From Sphaerodactylus townsendi (Eukaryota), in NCBI RefSeq assembly GCF_021028975.2, contig NC_059434.1, forward strand, positions 48,360,001-48,424,000: a DNA stretch of 64,000 nucleotides. The letters run 5' to 3'. The notes under the pieces were generated by a model. It was not told the origin of the DNA, searched no databases, and was given only the letters and a program-made list of their open reading frames with translations. Shown one piece after another: positions 1 to 12,365 of this stretch; position 1 is the stretch's first letter; each line of letters starts with the position of its first letter. The translations under genes and the position numbers were made by a program.

Positions 1-2429
1 CTGCTCAATTTTTTCATCAATTCCCTGCTTCGCCATGTGACTTTTAAAATCATATGTTGCTTAAATTATAGGGTCCATCCTCAAAATAGTTCTTTACACA
101 TATTGGGAGCTGGATTGATTATTTTTGCCTTTCAAAAAATGTATGCCTAAAAATAGACGTCATCCCTTACTGGTTAAAAATACCCCAAAATGCACAGAAA
201 ATTATAACATGCTTCAGTAAATGTGTCACTGTATAACCTTTCTAGAATTCTTCTTCAAAAGTTTCTATCTTTATTATTCTGCCTCAGTTCTTTCACAAAA
301 CACTATGTTTTTTATGACTTGACGTTGCAAATATAATTCTCTTTCCATAATTTTAAATTGTAGTTTTGCACCATAGATGTATGGATTTCGGCAGGAAATG
401 CTTTGAAATCACACTGAAACTTTTGCAAACAATATATCATACAGTTTTGTTTGCAAATAATATATCATACAGTTATTCCAGTCAAGAGGTCAGCATACTA
501 TCTGATGTATATACAGAGTAAATATACAGCAGCCCCACTTGCTTCATTTGAAGGACCCAGTTATAGAACTGACCTTGACATTAAGGGTTCCATGAGTCTA
601 CCATAGGGGCTTGCAGACACACACGGGCATGGAATTCCTAGTGGGAACTCCTTTTAAAATTGCCACAGAGGTCTGATTCAACCTGGGACAACAGCACAGG
701 AATGGAGGGGATTCTGCCTTCCCCCCTGCACTGTTTCTCTGAGTCAGAATGGCACAGGTGGTGTTATTTGCCCATCTGAGGGGCTTAATGTGCACAGAAG
801 CTTACTCATGGAGTTCCTCTGATGGGGCAAATAATGTCCCCTGATCTTTTTAGCACAGGAAAACTGTGTCGGGAGGGAACGGCATAAGCCCCTCCTTTCC
901 CCGCAGTCCTGTGGCAATCTTAAAAGGATTTTCCACTCCAATGTTTCTGCAACCCACACCCCGCCCTGCAGACTCAAGGAAGCTGCAGCATCTTGTTTGG
1001 TCATGACAAGTAGAACAGAAAGCATGGGTGTTTCCACTATGTGTGTAGAAATTAATGGGAAAGCTTCAGTTTGTAGGGACCTTGGTAGACCACTTGAATA
1101 CGTTGTAATCACTTTTCTGGACAGATTACAGTCACAATTTTATTCTAGGGGTCTCTAGAATTTCACTTCAGGAAAGGTAAGCACCAGGTTCTCTAGAGGG
1201 ATGCCTTTATATACCTTCATATTTATTTTGCCGCCTGAGGAGGGAAGGAAGCAGTCCGAGGGTACAGAAGTCGTTGGCGCTTGGGCCCATATAAGTCTGC
1301 GACCCCACCTCCCTTAGGCACATCACTCACTCGCGCCGGCAGCTGGGGCCTGCATGGGGCTGTGCTGGATGCCAGCACTAAGCCTGCCCCTCTCCCTGCC
1401 CCACCCCCAGGCAGCAACAGAGGCCAAGGTACATTTCAGCTGCTCTTTCTTTTCCTTTATTGTCTGGGAAAACACTACAAAGCTCCACCTAATGATATAA
1501 ATCAAAATGCTTTCATCATTATTCAGTTATTAGTAGAATTGTCTTTGCAATAATGGCAATGTTAGTATTCATTGATCAATGCAGTTTCTATTAATTTTCC
1601 ACTTAGGTCTCCTCTGGGCAGCTAGAAAGGCAGAAAGAGTTTGTGTTGGAAGGGAATTCAGAATCTTAAGTACAAGCTATATGTTCTTGTGTGTATATGT
1701 ATGATAGCATAGCTAATTAGAGAAATCACTAAATTGGAATTCATACACTGTTCCCTAAGTCTCTGCCAGAGAGTGAGGCTACTAACATATCTGCCAAGTC
1801 CTCTAGGTTTTAGAGGTTTTGAAAGCTGAGGTAATAAACTGCAGACAAGTACATACTAGGAGGATAGGATTGTTATAATTGGCTTCCTTTGTAAAAAACT
1901 GAGATTGCTCTGCAGGATCCATTGTAAGGAACCATCTAGCAGTGATCATATTCTGAGGAGATAAATTGAGAAAGTCTTGCATTTGGACCGTGATTGAAGC
2001 ACTGCTTTTTGAAACTAGCCTTTATTCTTGAAAGAGAAAACCTCTGTTCTGTATGTCAGAACCAGAGTTATTCATGAAATGTGAGCAGTGTATAATAGCC
2101 TCTCAGTATCTTAGAAGGGTCAAGTCTGTTCAAATATTTAATAATTCTTTCAAGTGATTAATTCAGGAATCTTTCATTCTTAATCCAGAACACTGACCTG
2201 CATTTTAATAAGCAACAGCCCTTTCCTTGGCAAGTCTTATTTTCTGTTGGAGCCAGCATATGAACACTTAAGGAACATGCATTCCTTCTAATGTACGTTG
2301 TGTTTTTCAATAGAGATCTTAAATTCAGTCTTTAGAATGTAGGAGCTGCTGATACCTACTCAGATTAAGCCATTTACTCTTTTGACTGGATGCTGCTTTT
2401 AACCCTGCTCTGCAGTGCATAGATATCTG

Positions 2430-2625
2430 CGTATGAAGCTACCTGGTGCTGAATCAGGCCATTGGTCTATCAAGCTCAGTACTGAGTAGCAGCAGCTCTC
2501 AAGGGTCTCAGGCAAAAGTCTTTCACATCAGCCATTACCTGATCCTTTTAAGCAGAGATGCTGGAAATTGAATGGGACTCTTTGCATGCAGAGCAGATAC
2601 TCTGTCACTGAGCCAGAGCCCCTCC
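2430..2625 (+). mobile_element. Degenerate squamate LINE-3'-end/SINE-like repeat
   Basis: atgaagct...tgaatcaggccattggtctatcaag...gagatgctggaaattgaatgggactc...cactgagccagagcccctcccc resembles a common lizard retro-repeat. Boundaries approximate. Confidence 0.55.
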
Positions 2626-4998
2626 CCAGTGACGGGACAATTGAGCTGTTCAAAAGCTGGGCCTTTTCGTTTCCTTTTCTAATAACGTCCCTCCCCTTCT
2701 TTTTGCATACTAGTGTTTCCTTGTGTGTATATATATACACATACGTTCTGAAAGTGTTATATCCAGTGGGGAGATATAAATACATAAATCTGTCAACCAA
2801 CTATAATATTTTGCATCTAACAAATACTCTCTGACTCATGAAAGCTACAATACTTTTGTTAATTTTTCAGATGCCAGCTGTCTCTTTGCAGTTTTAAAAT
2901 TGCTTTTACTTTCTATATCTGAAGCAATTGTTGTTTTCACAAGAGAATGGAAAGTCAATTTCTAGGCCAGGCCATGTGCAGGGGTGGTTTAACTACAAGG
3001 CAGTTGCCCTGGACCCCACACTAGGAAGGGCCCCTGAGTGCCATGCAGGTGTTGGGAGGGGCTAGGAAGTTGGAGCCTAGTATCTCTCACTCTTTCTCCT
3101 GTGACAAGAAATTGTTCCATAAATTGAAAAGTGATCTTGCCAATTGCAACCCAGAAAGAATTCTGACTACACAGGAGCAGTTTTAAACTGTTGTATTGCT
3201 TCTTCTCACTGCTTGGGAGGAGCAGGCCTGATTGATGACCATGCCTATAAACAGTGGCCATGTTGAGAGCTAAGATGCTGAGCAAGATCAGATAGGTGCT
3301 TGCTCACGTGGGAAGGCTGGCCTCTTAGCCACAAGTGGCAGGAGGAGCCTGACTGAACAGCTTGCTGAATTGAAAGGAAGGAAGGGGGCTGCGGCAGCAA
3401 CCAGCAGAGGGGAATGGTGTCCAGAGCTCAATATCAGTGTATGGCACCTTGGGAGGAAAGCATGCCTCATAAGAGTCAGGATATGGAATGGGCAGTTGTA
3501 GTAAGTAGCTAAGCAATTAAAATATGTTAATGTGAGCAGAAGCAGAAACAGCCACAGCAGGGTAAGAAAAGGATAGCTGTGAAGGAATCATGAGGCGGTG
3601 GATGGATATCTAAAGGATGTTTATGTGGGGTGGGTAGGGAGAGAGGAGGTATGTCTGGGAGCTGGTAGGGAGTAACCATAGGTCTGATCCAGCAAGGCTA
3701 CTTTTAGTTTCATCAAAATGCACTATTCAGAATAGAGTAGAATAGACTGCACTATTGCAGGTCTGAAATGGTAGTTGCAATTTTTAATGTTCTTTTACTT
3801 AAAAGCCTCCCTGAAAATAGAAAACTGGTACTGAAGGGGCAGGGAGAATTATCCTTGCTGTACTAACTTTCTGTTTTCTTAAGAGTTTTTAAAGCCAAAG
3901 AACATTTAAAGTTGAAATCCACTGCAATCTGCTGGTGCAGTCCATTCTGGCCTTTTAGTGTTCTATACCTCATTCTCCTACATATGTTAACCAGTGTTAC
4001 CCTGTCTCCCTGACAGCAAAGAGGAATTCTGCTACTCATTCTCAAAACACTCTGACAAATGCAAAACCCCTCTGGTCTTTTTAACCCCACTTACAGGCAG
4101 AACTTTTTCCTGCAATTTGCAATGGCAAATGGCAAACTCACAGTGCCCTGAGCTTCCTCTGACTCAGAGACAGGGTGCTGCATAGCTTTTGCCTGCCTGG
4201 TGAGCCAGCCATCCAGGCAGCTGAGAGGAGTGGTTTGCATTAAAATATAGGGGTTGTGGGGGACACCCTTGACTTTTTCTCCAGAATTACTCAGATCACC
4301 CCTGGCTAATTGTATTTTTAGTGTCAGACTGTGCCCTTTTCAGAGCACTGGAGAAAATGGTAAAGAAGTGAAAGATGCCATAAGACTTCAGGTCTCATGA
4401 AATGTACTTGAACATCCTAGTTAGACCTTAAAAACAATAGTCTCTGATATAAAGCAGCCACCTTTGTCTTCTGAAGTTGCGGGTTCAAATGGTGCTTAAA
4501 ATATGGTTCTGTGGAGAGTCTATAAAGCTGTGTAAATATAAAACAAAATGAATAATTATTTAAAGTTTGGTTAGGGCAAACAGATGTTCAAACAGATGTT
4601 TCCTACATAATAAGCTTGTACACTTTTTGGTCTAGTTTTAATCTTGAAGTAGAGTTTTACACTCACAGCAAAAATACAGCTTTGAGTCTGCATCCTGTGT
4701 TTTAATTATAAATGACTTTATTTTGTTTATTTTTATTTTTTGCTTTACAAAAATGCCACACCTTAAGGATGTTACTGTTTTCTATAACTGTTCTATAGGA
4801 TGTTGCTATGACCAAAAATACATCAAAAACATTTCTATTAATTCATTACATTAAAAAAACCTTTTTACATTTTCTCCTATCACTGATTCCGTTTGACTTA
4901 TTACTTTCAGCCTCTGGCCCACAAAGTTGGTGGCACAATCAACAAACCCCTCAGTGGCTGTTTCATCTCTGCTCTATTTGATTTCTCCACTCTGAGTA

Positions 4999-5346
4999 NN
5001 NNNNNNNNNNNNNNNNNNNNNNNNNNNNNNNNNNNNNNNNNNNNNNNNNNNNNNNNNNNNNNNNNNNNNNNNNNNNNNNNNNNNNNNNNNNNNNNNNNNN
5101 NNNNNNNNNNNNNNNNNNNNNNNNNNNNNNNNNNNNNNNNNNNNNNNNNNNNNNNNNNNNNNNNNNNNNNNNNNNNNNNNNNNNNNNNNNNNNNNNNNNN
5201 NNNNNNNNNNNNNNNNNNNNNNNNNNNNNNNNNNNNNNNNNNNNNNNNNNNNNNNNNNNNNNNNNNNNNNNNNNNNNNNNNNNNNNNNNNNNNNNNNNNN
5301 NNNNNNNNNNNNNNNNNNNNNNNNNNNNNNNNNNNNNNNNNNNNNN
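4999..5346. other. Assembly gap (N run)
   Basis: Run of N bases. Confidence 1.
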
Positions 5347-6506
5347 CTGGAATTAATATTTGTCTAACATTTTAACCTTGTCCTTCTACTTATATAAATC
5401 AGTTCAGTTCTTCAATGTGGAAATGTTTGATTTTCTCCCCTTGGTAAGAAAAATAGGCTTCAAAATGTGACTCTGATTTTAAACTTTAGAAACCTTTTGA
5501 CATGTGGCAAATATTTATAATACGTTTTACATTCCAGGAATGTTCAGTTGCCATCTCTTCTGAATTGTAATGATTATAAACAATTTTTTAAAATACAAAT
5601 TTTGCCATTTTAACTGTCGGTCATTGTAAGGCACCTTGTCAGCTTGCGGCATTAGTTTTCTGCATTTCAGTCATCTGGATATGTCATATTCTTATAGGTT
5701 TGCAGATGTCCTGTTGTTTTTGTAGTTCCCATGTGAGAGAGGACACTGGAACAACATAATCATAGTTTTGAACATTTTCTTATGCATGACACTTTTTATT
5801 TCTTGAAATTAGTTATCTGCTACCTGAAAATTGGTGTGGAGCTTTTTAAACAAATTCCTTTTATCATTATATATAAACTTTATTTTCAGCACATTTCTAT
5901 ATTAGGACTTGAGCTTTTTGTTCACTGGTGGCTTGACATTTTGATTTCTGCACGGCTACATTAGGCACTCCTATTCACAGCTGATATTAAGGTCACCAGC
6001 CGTGACACATGAAAGAAAGTGTGTGATGTGTTTACTTACAAACTTGAGTGTCTGGCCTGTGAGCTGTTACTGTAGTGTGAGATATTTTATTGTAAATATA
6101 GCTTCCTTTATTAAAAAATGTGCAAATATTGTGTTGGTGTATATTGGCCAATATGCAGCTTAGATTTTGGAGTGACCTCAGGTTGTGTATATTTGAATTG
6201 GGAATTAGAGGAGAAACCTGCAGTTCAGTGCTGGTATGGCAGGTAGTGTGGCACCAGCAACCCTTGGCTTACCTGCATAGAGCTCAGCCATTATCTCTTG
6301 AAGGAGGCTATCACGTTTCTAAGTTGTAGCTTCATGGTGTGTATTAGTTGCTACAGTCTATGATTTTTCTCCAAAGTACACAAATAATTTCAAGCTATTG
6401 AATCTTTGTGTCAAGTTGATACATGGATTGACTGTTAGACACTCTACCTATGCATGGAAAAAGGAACTTCCTTGTTAAATGTATAGTCTCTTTTATTTCT
6501 TCTCAG

Positions 6507-6630
6507 TCTAGGGAAAGTGGATGAAGCCATTGCATACTTGGAGAAGTTTATGAATATTGCCAAGAATATTCAACTGACCCATAACTTAGTGGATGCATAT
6601 ACATTCCTGGGAAACATTTACAATGAAAGA
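6507..6630 (+). CDS. TTC29: TTC29 (tetratricopeptide repeat domain 29) internal coding exon, 124 nt
   Basis: Acceptor ttttatttcttctcAG (AG 6505-6506) and donor GTAAGT at 6631. Translates (S)LGKVDEAIAYLEKFMNIAKNIQLTHNLVDAYTFLGNIYNER, a TPR helix pair that matches my recollection of mammalian TTC29 (EAIKYLKKFVKIA...LGDIYNEKG). Ends in phase 0, compatible with the next exon. Confidence 0.92.
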
Positions 6631-7159
6631 GTAAGTACTAGCTTGGTCTATAGTCATGGAATCTGATCCTAAATATTTGTAGTTTCAATTTGACACCACT
6701 TGCAGGTTGTGTTTTCAAGCTTCTGACATGCCTTATCTTGGAAACAGCATATCTTTGGAGCAGACACTTGATAAAATATGCACAATTTAAAACCCCTGAT
6801 TTTAGATGATAACTAGAAATAGGTGACATAAAGAAAAACATTTTAAAACTTGCAGTTAACTTTGCAAGCTAAGACACGTCATTGACAGACTTATGTTCTG
6901 CCTCACAGCCAACTTGCCTTTTCTTTGCTGTAGACGTTCCTATATGCATTATTTTTTGCCTTTTCCAAAGTCACCACAGAGCAGAGAAGCTGTTCTGTTT
7001 CCAAATGCTGGCAAAACATGACTTTTCCTGTTGTTTTCCTTTTCCCCATGAAACAAAACAGCTTAACAGGAAGCATGATTCTTTATCTGGGTTTATTATT
7101 ATAGATTCGATCTACAATATAAAGCAGCAACCGAATCAACGAGTGCAGCCATTGCTGCC

Positions 7160-7880
7160 GGGGTGAGCAAAGGAGGCAAAATAGCCTTGCAAGCATAGCC
7201 GGACGGCATGCTGCAAATGGGGTGCAATGATTGGCTCCGGGCCGGTAAAGGCGGGAGGAGCCTGAATATATAAAGGGCACCACACCCAGAGCTCGCCCTT
7301 CCCGGCGGCGAGACTCAGAAAGGCGTGGCCCACCAACCCTCCCTAAGAGGAAAGGGTTGTTGCTTGGTCATTTATTGTCGCAGCCCTGGCGGGTTGGCAA
7401 CGGGAGTCGCAACATCTGGGGAGAAAACGAGCCATCCGGCAGGTTCTCCCAGGCTTGTGCCCTGCGGAAGGGCTGGGGGTGGGGCGGGCAGGCTGGCAGA
7501 CCGGTAGGCCGGGCCGCTGCCCAACACCCCAGGGAGTGGGGAGGGTCGGGCCGGCCATGGGCTTAGCCGGTGCCTGACACCCCAGCAAGCATGGAGAGGA
7601 TGGCGGGCCGGTAGGCGGCCATGGGCTTAGCCGGTGCCCGCATCCTCAGCAGGAGCAGGAAGGGTGGAAGCCGGAGTGTTACCTCTGGGGCTCCCCTTCC
7701 TGCTAGTAGCTCCAATGGAGATTGGGGAATGTTGATGTTGCGACCCGTTTTGCTGCCCGAGCTTCTCTGTATATAGTTTGATATTAATTATGTTTATATA
7801 TTAATAAATTGGGCTGCGGCCCAATCCATTTTCCAGCCTGTCGTAGTTGTGTCATTATTTTGACGGAGAAGGGTCTCACC
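7160..7880 (+). mobile_element. CpG-rich terminal-repeat remnant, DIRS/Ngaro-like retrotransposon or solo LTR
   Basis: GC/CpG-rich island in an AT-rich intron. Contains ATTGG (CCAAT) at ~7230, a GC box, TATATAAAG at ~7267 and AATAAA at ~7803 followed by a GT-rich tract. Motifs cccaccaaccctccc and aataaa..gctgcggcc resemble DIRS/Ngaro repeats. Boundaries approximate. Confidence 0.55.
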
Positions 7881-7899
7881 ATCTGCACGCAATGCAAGC

Positions 7900-8062
7900 A
7901 AAGAAGAGGTGGTTTTTATGCCCTGCTTTTTCTCTAAGGAGTCTCAAAGCAGCTTACAGTAGCCTTGCCTTGCCTTCCCCATAACATATGTCTTGTGAAA
8001 AATGTGGGGCTGAGAATGTTTGGAGAGAACTGTGACTAGCCCAAGTTCACACAGCAGGCTTC
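7900..8062 (-). mobile_element. Squam3-like SINE 3' fragment
   Basis: aagaagaggtggtttttatgccctgctttttctc...aggagtctcaaagcagcttac...gtgactagcccaag matches the reverse complement of the SINE at 37091-37384. Confidence 0.75.
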
Positions 8063-8235
8063 AGGAATATACTGCCTTTCCCATTTTTCAACAACATGGA
8101 GGAACCAAAATGGACTGCACAGTGGGAGGTCAGATAAACAAAAATCAGGGAGGTTTCTTTCAACAGAAGTGGTGTTCTATTAGCATAAGTGTCATTGTGC
8201 CATATACCTATACCCATATACCTATTCCTATACAG

Positions 8236-8614
8236 CAGCATTTCCCAGACATTTTTCCCATAGCCTGGTTATTTTAATACCTCTCCTCTGTGACACACTA
8301 TTTTTTTTATCATTTGCATGCAGGGGCATCAGGGAGGCTCCTCAGGGTGCTGCTTCTGCCCACACCTACCTCACGGCACCAGCATCTGCCACGAAGCCTC
8401 AGTTCCATCCCCGGCCCCTTTCTGGGTGGTAGGCTGGCCAGGGAGGAGCCCCAAAGCTGCTGTATTGTTCCGGCTGGTCTGGCCCCAGGTGTGTGGTGCC
8501 CTCCAAGCAAGGACGGGGGTGGGGTGGTCGGTCCCAGCCCTGGACATTAGGTGACCCAGCATTTTGCTTTCGTGACCCAGTGTCAGGTCATGACCCACCA
8601 TTTGGGAAACGCTG
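8236..8614. mobile_element. Non-autonomous hAT (Charlie-like) element
   Basis: TIR CAGCATTTCCCA ... TGGGAAACGCTG. Perfect 8-bp TSD CTATACAG at 8228-8235 and 8615-8622. Confidence 0.85.
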
Positions 8615-9021
8615 CTATACAGGGATTCTGGTATGGTTTCACACTGTATTGTGCATCACTTTTTGTACCACTTTCTCCATCTGGGTGCTGTAGCATATTG
8701 GCATCCTAAAGCAGCAAACACTTGTCTTCCCTGCAGCTTCCTAGTCCTTGCTACTCACGTAGTCCCACATATGGATTTTAAGTGCTTATTATTCATTGTT
8801 GTTGTAGAGGTCACATTGCCCATTACAGGGTTTTTAGTCAAACTTTTATTGTCAATTAGTAGCTGAAATACTGTGCCAAATAATTCAAATAGTGGTCACA
8901 TTGCATTCTGGGTTTGACCAGTTTTTAAATCAATTTCAGTTCAATTTTCTGAGTAGGATTTCAGATTCTTTATTTCAGTGTATTTTAGCTGCCTTCACTT
9001 CTTTATCAGATACGGCAGCAC

Positions 9022-9083
<62 letters not shown>

Positions 9084-9280
9084 AGTCATTTAACTTATAA
9101 CCCGCCTTTCCCACAGTGGAGACCCAAATCAGCTTACATTGTTCTCCTCGCCTCCATTTTACCCTCACAACCACCTGGTGAGGTACATTAGGCTGAGAGT
9201 GTGTCACGGGTCCAAGAGCTCACAGCAAACTGCCATATCAGTGTAGAGATTTGAATCTGGTTCTCCTGGATCCTCATCCA
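9022..9280 (-). mobile_element. Old tRNA-derived SINE with an expanded (GACA)n microsatellite tail
   Basis: (TCTG)~15 at 9022-9082, followed by cccgcctttc...cattttaccctcacaaccacctggtgaggta...gatttgaatctggttctcc (SINE body on the minus strand). Confidence 0.7.
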
Positions 9281-10330
9281 GCAACCTCGTCTTTGTATCA
9301 CATGCATGAATATCAAGCAAATTCAAACTAGCCTCATACTTTAATGAAAGGACAAATAGGAGAGTTAAAATGTTCTTTATTCATTAATCAGCCTCATCCC
9401 TTCATAGCAAATGTACCTGTAACATGTAAGTACACATAGAAGGAGGAGCAGTCGGTCCTTGCTTCCCAAGGCATGCACTGTATATGATATGCTTGGTGAT
9501 TAATGTGCAGTTATTGTGCACATTATATTTCTCTGTATATACCAAGTTATTAGAATGAAATGTAATAGTATAATAGATGAAGTAGCACATGTGTAGGCAG
9601 ATAATAAGGGAGATAGTGGCTTTATCTGCACAGGACATTCTTGGTATACATAACAAAATATGTTTGTGCAAACAGATTGATGTTGACATCATGAATTCAG
9701 CAAAAGTTAACTCCATTTAGGCCATTCTCTAGACACAATGTAATTTTTTTTTCAAGTGTTGATTTTAGGGGGCTGAAAGTTTAATCAGTGAATTAAGATG
9801 CTCTTGTTATGCACATACAGAACATATGTTCACTAGTAGATGTTGGTGTTCTACCCAGTCAGCATTTCTTAATAAACCAGACTAGAGAAAAGTATCCATT
9901 ACTGCTGTACTCTTTCTAGCTCTTTAGTGTGCCTTTACCACTGGAGGACTTGCCTAGGGACAAGGGGTATCCCTTGTCCCCGGGCGCATCCATTGCAGTC
10001 ACGTGGGGGGCGCCAAAACATCCCCTCACGCAGACTGATTTTGGAAGCCCAAGCAAGCCCGGCATTCAGGAAGCGGCTGCTGAAAAAATTAAGGAAGCCT
10101 GACATAGCCCCGCCCACTCGCTACGGTGGCCCTGAGTGTCCAGAGGGCGGGGGAGAAATACCATTGTGCCTCCAGGAGGAGGACTGGAGAGCTCCGCCTC
10201 CCCTCCCTCTCGCCCAGAGTGCAGTGCCTTATTCTCCAGTAAGTCCTTGATGTTGCTCTCAAGCCTTCTCCCCAGCAGACAGGCGCCAGCCAGCACAGGA
10301 GAAGTCCATAGGCTGGCTAGGAAGGCAATC

Positions 10331-12085
10331 CCTGCCCCACAAGGTGTTTGTTGTGGGGAGAGGAAGGGAGGGCGCGTTTGTGAACTGTTTGGAGACTCCT
10401 TAAAGGTAATGTGCAAATCCAAACTGCACTTCTATCCATAAAATCTTGTTTGCAATTGTGAATGGCCTTGATTGGGTGTGTGTGGGGGCGGGGGGGGGGA
10501 GCGCCTGGCTTCTTAACTTTTGCTGTGGGGCTGGGCTGTAATCTGCAGAGTGAGTTTGATGCCCCACTTTCTCTGCCCCACAAGGTGCTTGCTGTGGGGA
10601 GAGGAAAGGGAGGGGGTGTTTGTTAGCTGTTTGGAGACTCCTTATAGGCAATGTATGAATCCAAACTGTTCTTCTATTCCTAAAATTTTGTTTGCTATTG
10701 TGAATAGCCTTAATATTAGAGGGGGGGGATGGAGCGCCTGGCTTCTTAACTTTTGCTGTGGGGCTGGGCTGTAATCTGCAGAGTGAGTTTGATGCCCCAC
10801 TTTCTCTGCCCCACAAGGTGCTTGCTGTGGGGAGAGGAAAGGGGGGGTGTTTGTTAGCTGTTTGGAGACTCCTTATAGGCAATGTATGAATCCAAACTGT
10901 TCTTCTATTCCTAAAATTTTGTTTGCAATTGTGAATAGCCTTAATATTAGAGGGGGGGGGATGGAGCGCCTGGCTTCTTAACTTTTGCTGTGGGGCTGGG
11001 CTGTAATCTGCAGAGTGAGTTTGATGCCCCACTTTCTCTGCCCCACAAGGTGCTTGCTGTGGGGAGAGGAAAGGGAGGGGGTGTTTGTTAGCTGTTTGGA
11101 GACTCCTTATAGGCAATGTATGTGTGGGGCTGGACTGGAATCTGCAGAGTGAGTTTGATGCCCCACTTTCTCTGCCCCACAAGGTGCTTGCTGTGGGGAG
11201 AGGAAAGGGGGGGGTGTTTGTTAGCTGTTTGGAGACTCCTTATAGGCAATGTATGAATCCAAACTGTTCTTCTATTCCTAAAATTTTGTTTGCTATTGTG
11301 AATAGCCTTAATATTAGATAGGAATGGAGCCTGGCTTCTTAACTTTTGCTGTGGGGCTGGGCTGTAATCTGCAGAGTGAGTTTGATGCCCCACTTTCTCT
11401 GCCCCACAAGGTGCTTGCTGTGGGGAGAGGAAAGGGAGGGGGTGTTTGTTAGCTGTTTGGAGACTCCTTATAGGCAATGTATGAATCCAAACTGTTCTTC
11501 TATTCCTAAAATTTTGTTTGCAATTGTGAATAGCCTTAATATTAGAGGGGGGGGGATGGAGCGCCTGGCTTCTTAACTTTTGCTGTGGGGCTGGGCTGTA
11601 ATCTGCAGAGTGAGTTTGATGCCCCACTTTCTCTGCCCCACAAGGTGCTTGCTGTGGGGAGAGGAAAGGGAGGGGGTGTTTGTTAGCTGTTTGGAGACTC
11701 CTTATAGGCAATGTATGAATCCAAACTGTTCTTCTATTCCTAAAATTTTGTTTGCAATTGTGAATAGCCTTAATATTGGGGTGGGGGGATGGAGCGCCTG
11801 GCTTCTTAACTTTTGCTGTGGGGCTGGGCTGTAATCTGCAGAGTGAGTTTGATGCCCCACTTTGTCTGCTTACAAGGGAGAGGAAAGGGGGGTGTTTGTT
11901 AGCTGTTTGGAGACTCCTTGTAGGCAATGTATGAATCCAAATTGTTCTTCTATTCCTAAAATCTTGTTTGCTATTGTGAATAGCCTTAATATGGGGGTGG
12001 AGCGCCTGGCTTCTTAACTTTTGCTGTGGGGCTGGGCTGTAATCTGCAGAGTGAGTTTGATGCCCCACTCTGTCTGCCCCACCTG
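10331..12085 (+). repeat. Tandem array of ~233-bp units (8 copies of the marker TGAGTTTGATGCCCCAC) inside hAT copy 1
   Basis: Marker at 10551, 10784, 11016, 11150, 11377, 11611, 11844 and 12052; spacings 233, 232, 134, 227, 234, 233, 208. Confidence 0.95.
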
Positions 12086-12149
12086 CTACCCTACAAGGGC
12101 AGGAAAGAGGGAGAGGAAGAAAGTGGGGAGAGGAAAGGAAGGCATTTGT

Positions 12150-12365
12150 TAGCTTGCAAACTCCTTTCCCTTCCTTTCTCCACAACAGACACCTTGTAAA
12201 GTAGGTGTGGCTGAGAGAGTTCAAAGAGAACTAGTTCAAGGTCACCAATCAGGCTTCATGTGTAGGAGGGGGAAAACAAATCCAGTTCATCAGATAAAGG
12301 TCCACCACTCATGTGGGAGGAGTAAGGAATCAAACCCAGTTTTCCATATTAGATGCCACCAGGCT
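12150..12365 (-). mobile_element. SINE fragment captured inside the composite hAT
   Basis: caaactcctttcccttcc...cacaacagacaccttgtaaagtaggtg...ggaatcaaacccagttttcc is a Squam3-like body. Also present in copy 2 at ~39705-39915. Confidence 0.75.

Noticed and set aside
4893-5375. 160-aa ORF
   Set aside because: Artefact of reading through the N gap.
1-6480. Further upstream TTC29 exons
   Set aside because: No TPR-like frame with splice sites was recognised; such exons probably lie left of the window or in the gap.
10331-12085. CRISPR-like or ribozyme (retrozyme) interpretation of the 233-bp array
   Set aside because: Units are near-identical along their whole length with no unique spacers, the context is eukaryotic, and I found no CTGANGA/GAAA hammerhead core on either strand of the unit.
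10400-12224. 260-aa and 378-aa ORFs as a protein-coding gene or transposase
   Set aside because: They are translations of a tandem repeat, frames differ between units and copies, and there are no DDE, BED or dimerisation motifs.
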